Source of the DNA: Methanosarcinales archaeon
Lineage (GTDB): Archaea > Halobacteriota > Syntropharchaeia > Alkanophagales > Methanospirareceae
NCBI GenBank assembly: GCA_030611585.1
Contig: JAUWPM010000003.1
Location: 1 to 51,236 of the forward strand
Direction of reading: 5' to 3'
DNA: 51,236 bases
A program made the translations under genes and the position numbers. Shown piece by piece: positions 19,203-28,584 of the stretch (position 1 is the stretch's first letter; every line of letters begins with the position of its first letter). The notes below the pieces were generated by a model that was not told the origin of the DNA, ran no database searches, and saw only the letters and a list, made by a program, of their open reading frames with translations.

Positions 19203-19448
19203 TTACATCTCTCTTGCAAGCGCAACCCAAGTTTCGGTTGTTGAGACCTCCCTGCTTTGGTGAAGGAAATCTTCAATCACTTTTGCGTCTTCAGCCTCAT
19301 AAATCCATATCGCATCATACCTGCCCAGCGTATGATACACTTGCAAGAACTTGACGCCTTTAGGTGGCTCCCGAAGTATCTTGTCACCGAATTTTCTCGC
19401 TTCCTCCACCATACCCGGATTGACTCGCACGCACGTTATGAACAACAT
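19203..19448 (-). CDS. GYD domain protein
   Basis: YHTLGRYDAIWIYEAED...TETWVA. Confidence 0.8.
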   Translation of the reverse strand: MLFITCVRVNPGMVEEARKFGDKILREPPKGVKFLQVYHTLGRYDAIWIYEAEDAKVIEDFLHQSREVSTTETWVALAREM

Positions 19449-19550
19449 CTTTTTCTATCACCTCTTTCTCTTTAACGATTTGGTTAATAAATAACTTTTG
19501 ATTTTGCTGGATGAGTTACCGTATAGATTTTCAGTCGTGCTTGTGGGCGC

Positions 19551-19925
19551 TCAAAATAGATATTTCTTCACATGCACTGACTCGGCAAATACAGCTCCTA
19601 AATCCACTGTTCCGACCACGTCCACAACGCCTAAAGCAGCGATAACTTCTCCTTTACTGTTCCGAATAGGAGCAACAACAACCGGTAATCGTGCATATTT
19701 ACCAGTAGTAGGTATTGTCTGAATCACGCGATTCTCCTTCAGCACCTGTTCTAATATCGGACCGGTGTATTCAAAATCAACAATTCCGCCTTTTTCCACA
19801 CTAACGCCCTTTTTATTCTTGCCCCGCATTGTCACTGGTATTACAAGCAAATCATTCACTGCTTTTGCTATCGGTGCGATTTCTTCTGCCGTTGAATCCT
19901 CACTTATTACTATATTCTCTTCCAT
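19551..19925 (-). CDS. DUF2111 family protein
   Basis: PVTMRGKNKKGV.VEKG..D..YTGPILE, PVVVAP, AALGVVD. Confidence 0.8.
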   Translation of the reverse strand: MEENIVISEDSTAEEIAPIAKAVNDLLVIPVTMRGKNKKGVSVEKGGIVDFEYTGPILEQVLKENRVIQTIPTTGKYARLPVVVAPIRNSKGEVIAALGVVDVVGTVDLGAVFAESVHVKKYLF

Positions 19926-20008
19926 TTTTTATACCCCCTACTCTTCTTTAAATAGCAATAGATATAAATTTTTTGGTTTGCAATCAGGTAAAATTCATTC
20001 TCTTCTTA

Positions 20009-21310
20009 CTACAGAGACCATGTTGCAGGAAGAGCCTTCCTTTCCTCATACCTAGCTACTGGACTGCCTATAAAACTGCTCACCTCGCGCCTCCTTAACA
20101 CTTCTATCCCCGGCAGACTCTTACCTGATAGATATCTCAATAACGCGCCTCCTGACAGGCTTACATAACCATTTGCATTCAAGGTCTCCCGCCTGTCAAT
20201 GCCTTTCATATCCATTACAGTGGATGTATGACCGCCACCGATGAGAGAAAAAGCCTTGGAGAACGAAACAGCCTTCAGAAGTTCTGTTGTCCCTTTTATG
20301 AATATTTCTTTCTCACATATTCCCGCAGGTCCCTTCATTATCACCGTGCCAGCATTCCTTATTATCTCTCTATACTTTCTACACGTTCCCTCACCTATAT
20401 CGCATATTTGCTGTCCGGGCTTTACGAAGTCCGCATCAATTTCCTTTCTCATCCCCCCTTCTTCCACCGCCACATCCTCAGGGTACTTTATTCTATCACC
20501 TCTCATTTCCATGATTTTCTTCGCTCTCTTTACACTTCCCATGAGGTCTTTATCCCTCTTCTCCTCCTTACTCATTGCAGTCACACCACTTGCATACAGG
20601 ACGATATTTCCAATGACGCCTGTGGTGAGTATAACATCCGCCGTTCCTGCACTCAATGCGAATTCCATCACGTCAAGCGCATCCTTTGGTTTTGAACCAC
20701 CAAGCACATAGACACGAGGTCTTTCAGCATGGAGAGTGGACATTTCCAATGCCATCAATTCCTTCTCCATCAGACTACCCATGCCTGATTTCAACGCCTT
20801 CGCAAAACCCACTATGGATGCATGCGATCTGTGAGCCACCGAGAACGCATCATTTATGAAGTAGTCAACCAGAGGGGAAAGTTTCCTCACGAACGGCGAC
20901 CTCGAATGCTTCTCCGGTGTCCCTTTAAGCGTCTCCTCCGGAATCATCCTCACATTCTCAAGTAATAGTGCTTCACCGTCCTCCAGGTTTTTTATTGCTC
21001 CTATCGCAACTTCCCCCATTACATCTTTCACATACTCGATGGTAACAAAGCGTCTTAGCAATCTCGCATGCTGTTCCAAAGGGAGGAAATCGGGTTTCCC
21101 CACACGACCCTGATGAGCGAGGGCAACAACTCTCGCCTTTCTATCTAAAAGTTCCTCTATTGTTCCTGCGTGCCCCTCTATTCTCCCATTCATCACCACT
21201 TTTCCATTAATAACTGCTGAATTCACATCTATCCTCAAAAGTACCGTCTTACCTTCAATATCAAAATCGTCTATTGTAAAGAAATCCTTCAGCTCATATC
21301 CCTTTTTCAC
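20009..21310 (-). CDS. pgk: Phosphoglycerate kinase (archaeal type)
   Basis: LRIDVNS, AHQGR, LLENVR, NDAFSVAHRSHAS, LGGSK, GGGHT, SGGA. Confidence 0.95.
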   Translation of the reverse strand: MKKGYELKDFFTIDDFDIEGKTVLLRIDVNSAVINGKVVMNGRIEGHAGTIEELLDRKARVVALAHQGRVGKPDFLPLEQHARLLRRFVTIEYVKDVMGEVAIGAIKNLEDGEALLLENVRMIPEETLKGTPEKHSRSPFVRKLSPLVDYFINDAFSVAHRSHASIVGFAKALKSGMGSLMEKELMALEMSTLHAERPRVYVLGGSKPKDALDVMEFALSAGTADVILTTGVIGNIVLYASGVTAMSKEEKRDKDLMGSVKRAKKIMEMRGDRIKYPEDVAVEEGGMRKEIDADFVKPGQQICDIGEGTCRKYREIIRNAGTVIMKGPAGICEKEIFIKGTTELLKAVSFSKAFSLIGGGHTSTVMDMKGIDRRETLNANGYVSLSGGALLRYLSGKSLPGIEVLRRREVSSFIGSPVARYEERKALPATWSL

Positions 21311-22476
21311 ACCCCCTTCACCCCCAATATCTCCTCATACACACCCATCGTCATTCTTGCGATATTATCCCACGAAAATCCTTCTGCGGTCTTCCTTCCG
21401 TTTGAGCCCATCCACTTTGCCTTCTCGAAATTGCTAAACAGGCTCTTTATTCCCCATGCGATTGAATTCGGGTTGTCATACACCTTCAGCCCATTTACAT
21501 CATGCCATACAAAATCGAAACCGTTGTGCGTTACTATGATTGGCTTTTCAGCAGCCCACGCTTCCAGTGCAACTATTCCAAAAGGCTCATTCCTCGAAGG
21601 TATGCATACCAGATCGCATGCCTTGTAAAAATTCACGAGGTCGCCATCCGGGACATAGCCCAAAAAGTGGCAGGCGTGCTGAACGCCGAGTTCCCAGGCT
21701 CTATGCTCTAAACCGCTTCTCATATAACCGTCACCGACGAAAAAGAACTTCGCATTAGAAAACTCGTCCAAAACCGAAGGAATTGCCTCTAATAGCAAAT
21801 CCGCGCCCTTTTGGACGACCACCCGCCCCACAAACAAACAGATGGGGTCCCAAACGCCAACGTCATGCGGCTTCTTCACGCTCCACGGGTCAACAAACCC
21901 GCTAAACTTCTGTACCGAAACTCCATTCGGTATCATCGCTATTTTCCAGTCTTCGAAGTTGTATATCCACTTAGCTTCCTTTTTTATCGTTTCTGATGCG
22001 GCTATTAGTTTATCAGCGACAAATCCGCCGTACCATTCTAAGTTTCTTATGTCTTTTGATTTCCCATCGTGAAAAACATTCCCGCATCTCCCGTATTCGG
22101 TTGAGTGAAGCGTAAAAACGGTTTTCTTCGCTCTTGCATTCTTTATCTCCGCGAGTGCATTTGCAGTCATCCAATCATGCCCATGAACGATATCAAAATT
22201 ACCTGATACGTTCTCAGTCTGGAAGAAATGGTAAACGAAAGAATGGCACATATTGTTCATCTCAACTATAAAATCGGGATTCGAGTCGAATGGGCAGCGA
22301 TGATAATGCACCCTGTCTATCACCTCGTAGTCTCGCGGTCCATTTCCCATCCTTGTGAACACGTGCACTTCATTCCCTGCTCTTTGAAGAGCAGCAGCGA
22401 GTTCTGTAACGTGTGGTGCAACACCCCCAACCGCAATCGAATGCAAGGATTCCCAACTGAAGAATGCTATTCTCAT
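21307..22476 (-). CDS. Glycosyltransferase family 4 (glycogen synthase-like)
   Basis: FSWESLHSIAVGG, HGHDW, HSTEYGR, PSRNEPFGIVALEAW. Confidence 0.93.
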   Translation of the reverse strand: MRIAFFSWESLHSIAVGGVAPHVTELAAALQRAGNEVHVFTRMGNGPRDYEVIDRVHYHRCPFDSNPDFIVEMNNMCHSFVYHFFQTENVSGNFDIVHGHDWMTANALAEIKNARAKKTVFTLHSTEYGRCGNVFHDGKSKDIRNLEWYGGFVADKLIAASETIKKEAKWIYNFEDWKIAMIPNGVSVQKFSGFVDPWSVKKPHDVGVWDPICLFVGRVVVQKGADLLLEAIPSVLDEFSNAKFFFVGDGYMRSGLEHRAWELGVQHACHFLGYVPDGDLVNFYKACDLVCIPSRNEPFGIVALEAWAAEKPIIVTHNGFDFVWHDVNGLKVYDNPNSIAWGIKSLFSNFEKAKWMGSNGRKTAEGFSWDNIARMTMGVYEEILGVKGV

Positions 22477-22490
22477 TTTCTCTCCTCCTC

Positions 22491-22844
22491 CTATTTCCTT
22501 CCACTGAAAAGCTCTTGCAATTCTTCATGTCGCTCGATGATGATCTCCTTGAATTCATCCGGTGTTTCTCTAATTCTCGCAGCAGTTTCTTTGTCACCGA
22601 GATATTCTATCCATGATGCAAGCCAGGGAGCCTCCTCCTCGTTGAACACATCAAGGTTGTCTCTCAACGCTGACAAGTTCGTTATCGCAATAGTCATGTC
22701 ACCGCCGCTGCCTCTATTCAGGTAATATGGATTCTTTCCAACGGGGTCGAATAAAGAAGTTGCGAGTCTGGACAGTTTCGTCTTCTTCCTTGTTATTTTT
22801 GCTATAGTCTGCTTTCTCTTCTTTTCTTCTCCGTTCACTGACAT
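22491..22844 (-). CDS. Stand-alone DUF5752-like protein
   Basis: PYYLN...ITNLSALRDNL...LASWIEYLGDKETAARI mirrors the C-terminal domain of the upstream gene. Confidence 0.65.
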   Translation of the reverse strand: MSVNGEEKKRKQTIAKITRKKTKLSRLATSLFDPVGKNPYYLNRGSGGDMTIAITNLSALRDNLDVFNEEEAPWLASWIEYLGDKETAARIRETPDEFKEIIIERHEELQELFSGRK

Positions 22845-24265
22845 AAAGCATCCACCTTCACTCCCGATTTCAATTCACTTATGCACTCCTGTATCGTGTC
22901 ACTCAATCTGCTCGACTCCCACCACTGTATGCCTGCAACTTCGGATGCAAGTTCCTCGTCCCTGATCACATCTCGTATCCATGCAGCGAAATCGTTGTAG
23001 CCATCCCTGAGATGAAATTCTACCGACCTCCTGTCCACGTTCTTCAACATACCAACAAACATTTCCAGGCTGCGTGCGACTAAGCCGGTATGAACGATTT
23101 TCCCTCCCTTGCGCATGTTAAAGTAAAACGCTTCTTCATCCGAAACGGTGCGTAATAAATTCCCGTTCTCATCTCTCTTCCTTTCTTTTCCAGTCCCGTC
23201 TCCACAGGCATCGAATTTAACGAATCTTTTTATGTCGCTATCCACGGTTGAGCGGTGTGGAATGTAAACGCAGGGCCATATATTCCCTTTAAGAACTTCA
23301 ACGTCATTTCCAAGTTCACAGTTAGCACCGATGATTGACTCCCTTATGCAGGCATTCTCTCCTGTTATGGTGTGTTCACCAACGAAACACTGCTTGAGGT
23401 TAGAGTTCTTACCGATGTAAACATCGTCAAATAAAACGGAATTATGTCCTATCGAACAATTCTCTTCCAAGACTACACTATCGCCTATCACTGCAGGTCC
23501 TGTTATTCCGGAACTGTTAATCTCCACATTTTCTCCTATAACCACATCTCTCTTCGCCTTCTTCAACATCCATTCCATCGCTTTCATATACCCCTCAGGC
23601 TGACCCACATCCGCCCAGAAACTGGCGGCATCTATCTCGTATCCGAACATCTTGCCTTTCGCCTTCACATGAAGCAGGTGAAAGAGGTCCTTTGCAAAGT
23701 CGAAATACGCACCTTCGGGCACAAATTTTAGCACCTTTTGGTCTATCACGTATATCCCGGTGCTTGCCAGATTGCTGAAGCATTTCTCCTTATCAGGTTT
23801 CTCGTGGAATCTACCAATGCACCCATCGCCTTCAAGTTGCGCAATACCATAGTTCCACGGGTCTTCGACATGCGTTAAAGCGATTGTTACCAATCCCCCG
23901 GCTTCGTAGTGAAAATCTATTAATCCACGCAGGTCCATATCTGTGATGTTATCGCACTGTATCACCACGAAAGGTTCCTCTTCCAGGTCTAACCCCGCAT
24001 TTTTTACCGATCCAGCAGTTCCGAGCGGGTATGGCTCTGTTGGATATGTCAGGCGCACATCTTCTCTGTACCCGAAGTGCTCCATAATCATCTCCCGAAG
24101 GAACGTCGTAGTTACTACGATGTCGTTCAATCCGTACGAGACCAGATAGTCAATCACATGCTCCATTACCGGTTTGTTCACCAGCGGGATCATCGGCTTC
24201 GGCTTCGTGAACGTTAGCGGACGAAGCCTTGTTCCAAACCCACCAGCCAGAATTATCGCTTTCAT
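22835..24265 (-). CDS. NDP-sugar synthase (nucleotidyltransferase + left-handed beta-helix) fused to a C-terminal DUF5752-like domain
   Basis: ILAGGFGTRLRPLT, PLGTAG, hexapeptide repeats, then LLRTVSDEEAFYF...ARSLEMF...SVEFHL...NDFAAWIRDVIRDEELA. Confidence 0.9.
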   Translation of the reverse strand: MKAIILAGGFGTRLRPLTFTKPKPMIPLVNKPVMEHVIDYLVSYGLNDIVVTTTFLREMIMEHFGYREDVRLTYPTEPYPLGTAGSVKNAGLDLEEEPFVVIQCDNITDMDLRGLIDFHYEAGGLVTIALTHVEDPWNYGIAQLEGDGCIGRFHEKPDKEKCFSNLASTGIYVIDQKVLKFVPEGAYFDFAKDLFHLLHVKAKGKMFGYEIDAASFWADVGQPEGYMKAMEWMLKKAKRDVVIGENVEINSSGITGPAVIGDSVVLEENCSIGHNSVLFDDVYIGKNSNLKQCFVGEHTITGENACIRESIIGANCELGNDVEVLKGNIWPCVYIPHRSTVDSDIKRFVKFDACGDGTGKERKRDENGNLLRTVSDEEAFYFNMRKGGKIVHTGLVARSLEMFVGMLKNVDRRSVEFHLRDGYNDFAAWIRDVIRDEELASEVAGIQWWESSRLSDTIQECISELKSGVKVDALCQ

Positions 24266-24440
24266 TTAATTTTCTTCACCTCCTCTTTTTACTTCGGTTC
24301 TACTTTTTGGATAGAGGTAGGTCATAGCACGCATAAAAAGGGATTTGAGAGCCTTTGTGAATAATTCGAGTTTTTTTGGTACTCAGTAGGAAAAAATGCC
24401 AAATTATATACATTTATGACCACCTAGGTATGTGTGAGAT

Positions 24441-25154
24441 ATGATGATACGAAAGAACATCTCGTTGTATGAGGAAGATATGAAGAAAATAGAGAGATTA
24501 ATGGAGAAACACGAAGGCAATCTCAGCGCAGCGATGCGAGAAATCATTGATTTCGTTGATTTCATGTTGCGGAAGTTCGGTAGTCTTGAGGAGGCGAAGA
24601 AAATAGAACGGAGAACAAAAGGCGTGTGTCTCCCATGTGGGATGCTGAACTGGTTTCTTACTTATACAAACGAAAGCCTTCCGGATGAAGATGTGGCTGG
24701 GAGTATAGAGGAAATTTGTGCCATCAAATCAGTATCTGACCTTTCAGAGGTTGCAGATATGGGGCTCCCGGTGGACATCGAAGTAGATGCCGATGATGAC
24801 CGAAATCCTTCGGCGGTAACGATTCGTTTAACCGGTGAAAGAACGCATAGGGAGTTCGTAGCGAAAATTTGCGCTTGTTTCCTCGCAGAAAACAAGGGAT
24901 TGGCAGTGGATGATGTTTTCCGGCATACTGCTTTCACCACCGTGAAACTGAAGCGAGAAGGGGAAGGCGAAAGGGGAAGCGAGGGCGAAGGTGATTATAA
25001 AAAGGTGCGCGATAGTTTGATAAAACACTTCGGCGAGCGGCATGTAATGATGCAGGAGATATTGGATAAACCAAAATTCTGGAATGAAATGATAAATGCC
25101 ACGGCTGAGTGGAGTGATGTACAGAGGTATAAGTATCCGAGGATTTACAGGTAA
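24441..25154 (+). CDS. Hypothetical regulator with an N-terminal ribbon-helix-helix-like domain
   Basis: IRKNISL..EDMKKIE.L..KHEGNLSAAMREII fits an RHH pattern; transcribed divergently from the synthesis operon. Confidence 0.7.
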   Translation: MMIRKNISLYEEDMKKIERLMEKHEGNLSAAMREIIDFVDFMLRKFGSLEEAKKIERRTKGVCLPCGMLNWFLTYTNESLPDEDVAGSIEEICAIKSVSDLSEVADMGLPVDIEVDADDDRNPSAVTIRLTGERTHREFVAKICACFLAENKGLAVDDVFRHTAFTTVKLKREGEGERGSEGEGDYKKVRDSLIKHFGERHVMMQEILDKPKFWNEMINATAEWSDVQRYKYPRIYR

Positions 25155-25161
25155 AATTGTG

Positions 25162-25252
25162 AAGATGCAAGATACAGGATGCAAGACGCATCCACAAACT
25201 TGCATCCTGCATCATGAATCATAGCATCATTTTCTTGTGAAATCTCGTGGTT
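25162..25252. repeat. Heptamer inverted repeat plus right arm of the AACCACGAGATT family
   Basis: AAGATGC AAGATAC AGGATGC AAGACGC / TTGCATC CTGCATC ATGAATC, then TTTTCTTGTGAAATCTCGTGGTT; lies between convergent genes. Confidence 0.75.
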
Positions 25253-25299
25253 TTTCATGTGGTCAATTTGCACTCTGCATTTTGCAATTAATCAGTTAG

Positions 25300-25659
25300 T
25301 CATACCATGCTCCTGATAGCAGCCTTTACCTTCTCTCTCTGTGGCTTAAGTAATTCAAAATCAACGCCTTTATCCACAGCCACGAGGAATATAAGCTCTC
25401 CACTTTTCTCCGTTAATACCACACCACCGTCAGCCTTCGCTATTAGCTCTTCTATCTCGCCCTTTTTAAGCAGTCGCGTGCATTTCTCCGCCGTTCTTGT
25501 CATCATCGCTACCACTGTTGAGAATGGTGATACCATCTCTGGAATATGCTTGTTACAAAATGCTACCATTACCCCCTCTCTTGTGACCACCGCCGAGGCA
25601 TTCACGCCTTCTGTTTCTACCAAATCCTTTAGCGCAAGCTCAAGTTCTGACCCGTTCAC
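25300..25659 (-). CDS. Roadblock/LC7 domain protein
   Basis: L.DLVETEGVNASAVVTREGVMVA; 119 aa; GTG start overlapping the upstream stop. Confidence 0.85.
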   Translation of the reverse strand: MNGSELELALKDLVETEGVNASAVVTREGVMVAFCNKHIPEMVSPFSTVVAMMTRTAEKCTRLLKKGEIEELIAKADGGVVLTEKSGELIFLVAVDKGVDFELLKPQREKVKAAIRSMV

Positions 25660-25973
25660 TTGTCTCCTTTTTCATCCCATAATTTTACCGCAGCTACTGC
25701 CAATACGTATATTCCAATCACTAATGTGACCTTACTAATCACAAAAAACACCCCATCCTTGGGAACGCGCTCTTCATATAACCCCGCGTATGTGCAATAT
25801 GCCCGGCACAAAGAGCCAATGGCCATAAATGCACCCGAAGCTGCTATTATATCCCATCCTAATTTGAATATGGCGAAACGGAATTTCCTTTGCGCGTAGA
25901 TTGCCACTGCTAATATGAGAATACCTGCGACAAAATTGACCAATTCCACTACGGTTGCGCTGTCTATCATCAT
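25656..25973 (-). CDS. Small three-TM membrane protein
   Basis: Three hydrophobic helices; start moved to ATG 25973 to avoid overlap with tfb; coupled to the roadblock gene. Confidence 0.7.
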   Translation of the reverse strand: MMIDSATVVELVNFVAGILILAVAIYAQRKFRFAIFKLGWDIIAASGAFMAIGSLCRAYCTYAGLYEERVPKDGVFFVISKVTLVIGIYVLAVAAVKLWDEKGDK

Positions 25974-26040
25974 CTCATGAACCAAATTTATTTTTTCCTT
26001 TTTAAAGAAAGATTTTATGCAATAAGAACTACATATAATT

Positions 26041-26961
26041 ATGGACGAGAGAATACGAAAATGTCCGGAATGCGGGTCCAAAAACATAATAACGGATCCT
26101 AAGCACGCAGAGCTTTACTGCGCCGATTGTGGTGTAGTAATAGCAGAGAGTATCGTGGACCTCGGACCCGAATGGCGTGCGTATGACGCAGAACAAGCAT
26201 CTAAAAAAGTGAGAACAGGTCCACCGATGAGCTACAGAATCCATAATAAAGGGCTGAGTACTCCTATGCCAAAATTGCCTATGCGAACGAAAAGATTGCG
26301 AGGGATAATAAGTATGGATAGTAGTGAAAAGACCCTTGCCCTCGCACTTGGTGAGATAGATAGGATGGCATCTGCACTCAAGCTGCCGAATGACATCAGG
26401 GAGGCGACTTCGGTGTTATACCGAAAAGCGGTGAAGCAGAATTTGATTAAAGGGCGGAGTATAGAAGAATTGGTCTCGGCGATGCTGTACGTTACTTGCA
26501 GGCAGTTTGGAGTGCCACGAACACTGAAAGAGATTGCAAAAGTATCAAGAATGCCTTTGAAGAAAATAAGGAGAGCATATCTTTTTCTCTTAAAGAAGTT
26601 GGAGATAAAGCTTGCACCCGCAGACCCTGCGCTTTACGTACCTCGGTTTTGCTCCGAGCTGGGATTGAGTGATGCAATAAGGGAAAGAGCGATAGAGATA
26701 ATACATAAGGATAAGGGAACGGGAGCAGCGAAGGGGTGGTCACCGACGGGAACAGCCGCTGCGGCAATCTACATTGTTGCGAATTTAAGTGGCACTGGTG
26801 AGTATCGGGATGAGAAGGAAATAGCCAAAGTCGCAGGTACAACTCCGATTACACTTCGGAACAGGTATAAGGAATTGGAGAAGAGGTTAAAGTTAAATAC
26901 TGTCCCCCCATATCCTTGTCAAGAAAAAAGGAAGAAATCTTTTGTAATGGCGATTATTTAA
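26041..26961 (+). CDS. tfb: Transcription initiation factor IIB paralog (divergent)
   Basis: Zn ribbon CPECG...CADCG, B-reader GPEWRAY, cyclin repeats (KGRSIE, PRTLKEI, RFCSELGL, RNRYKEL). Confidence 0.93.
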   Translation: MDERIRKCPECGSKNIITDPKHAELYCADCGVVIAESIVDLGPEWRAYDAEQASKKVRTGPPMSYRIHNKGLSTPMPKLPMRTKRLRGIISMDSSEKTLALALGEIDRMASALKLPNDIREATSVLYRKAVKQNLIKGRSIEELVSAMLYVTCRQFGVPRTLKEIAKVSRMPLKKIRRAYLFLLKKLEIKLAPADPALYVPRFCSELGLSDAIRERAIEIIHKDKGTGAAKGWSPTGTAAAAIYIVANLSGTGEYRDEKEIAKVAGTTPITLRNRYKELEKRLKLNTVPPYPCQEKRKKSFVMAII

Positions 26962-26967
26962 AGGCAA

Positions 26968-28464
26968 TCACTTACAAACGCACTCATATAACCTATCCCG
27001 TAACACATCCGCATCGTATTTCTGCTTCTCCAGGCTCAACCTTAAATTCCCTACTTCTTCCGCAATCTCTTCTTCTCCCACGCTCTCTCTTATCCATCGC
27101 TCAAAATCGCCTCTTCCTATGTATTCCTTTATAGCCTCTTCTGCTTCCTCTTCCGGCATTCTCTTTATATAGTTACACAATCCCTTCAAACTCCGTACCT
27201 TTTCCTCATTCCGAAATACGAAAGGGTAATCTGCTTCTTTTATCTTCGCTCTTAAGCGGACATCGAAATCGTGAATGACGGATAAGAAGGTGACAAAAGC
27301 ATCGTAAGGCTTTTCAAAATGGGAGAAGTAACTATGTACGTCACCCGATGCGCCGCCTACCGTGAACATATAATAAAGATGATCACTTATGCCAAGGTAT
27401 CGCCATATTTTTAGCAGTTCTTCATTCTCTGACTCCTTTACATAAGGTTCAAGCCATCTCAGATAGTCATAACATGCCCACTGCATTGTGTTACCGATGA
27501 AGCACGAAGTGTCTTTCTCTATATCAGCCCACGATGTCGTCTCTAAATTCCTCACGTCTATCACTCCTATCGGCTCATACTTCTCTATTATCTCCGAAGG
27601 GGTTGAAAATTCCATCTCGCAGTTCAATACCTGCTGAGGAAGGTCACGGAGAAACTCAAATATCCCGGTATCTTCCCAGTGATGCTCCCCAAACGTTTCA
27701 TAATCCAAAAAGAGGTTTATACATTGTCCCGGTGTTGCATTGAGCCATGAAGCATATTTAGAAGCACTCAAAGGATACTCTTTCCAGCTCTTTAGAGAAA
27801 ATCTAAATCCTACATCATCTGTTAGCGGATAATCTCTGAGAAGCACTTTCAGATTCTTGCAGCCCACCGGCATATAAACGTAGTTTGGTGACTTCCCGTT
27901 CAATACCCTCTCCACGCCTTCGGCTAAAATCCCTCGATAGCCCATCTCCTCTGCGAGTCTCGCTATTCGGTTGTTATACAGCAGTTCGGTATTTTCAAAA
28001 AAGACAGGTTCGTATCCGATTAAATCACGCATTAATTCTCGATGCATTCTGACCTGCTCGATAAATTCGCCTTCTTCCTCATAGAGACCCACCAGCGAAT
28101 GATAATATGTCTGGTCTATGAACTCCACTTTTCTACTCGACGCAAGCTGTCTGAAATCATCCAGTATATCCTTACCATAACCATATCTCTCGCATTGCTC
28201 CACAAACACGCCGGAGACGCTGTATGCGACTTTAAAATCGCGGTATTCGTCTATCAGCCTTAAAATCATTTCATTCGTGGGGCGATAGCATTTTCTCGCA
28301 ACCTTTTCAAATACTTCCCGGTCTTTATCCGCGAAGAAGTAATAATCGAAAAGGTCTTCTACCTTCGCGCTCCTCTTGAACATTTGCTTATTCCAGAAGA
28401 AGTCTTTTCTCAGCCTGAACGGTTGATGAACCTCAAAAGCAAGGCAGATACTCTTCTTTGTCAT
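26968..28464 (-). CDS. GH57 alpha-amylase (AmyA-like) with C-terminal DUF5752-like domain
   Basis: FEVHQP, TYYHSL, NTELLY (nucleophile), DYETFGEH (acid/base), SDHLYYM; tail PFVF...RSLKGL...GDFERWIRESVGEEEIA. Confidence 0.92.
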   Translation of the reverse strand: MTKKSICLAFEVHQPFRLRKDFFWNKQMFKRSAKVEDLFDYYFFADKDREVFEKVARKCYRPTNEMILRLIDEYRDFKVAYSVSGVFVEQCERYGYGKDILDDFRQLASSRKVEFIDQTYYHSLVGLYEEEGEFIEQVRMHRELMRDLIGYEPVFFENTELLYNNRIARLAEEMGYRGILAEGVERVLNGKSPNYVYMPVGCKNLKVLLRDYPLTDDVGFRFSLKSWKEYPLSASKYASWLNATPGQCINLFLDYETFGEHHWEDTGIFEFLRDLPQQVLNCEMEFSTPSEIIEKYEPIGVIDVRNLETTSWADIEKDTSCFIGNTMQWACYDYLRWLEPYVKESENEELLKIWRYLGISDHLYYMFTVGGASGDVHSYFSHFEKPYDAFVTFLSVIHDFDVRLRAKIKEADYPFVFRNEEKVRSLKGLCNYIKRMPEEEAEEAIKEYIGRGDFERWIRESVGEEEIAEEVGNLRLSLEKQKYDADVLRDRLYECVCK

Positions 28465-28584
28465 TTGCTTTACGCCTTCTATTTATTTATTTACTTACTT
28501 ACATGATATAGTAAATAAAATTTCAGCTCAGCCACAGCGTTGAGTTTTTTGAAGATCTCAGAAGGCGTTAGAAATGCTGCAGAC

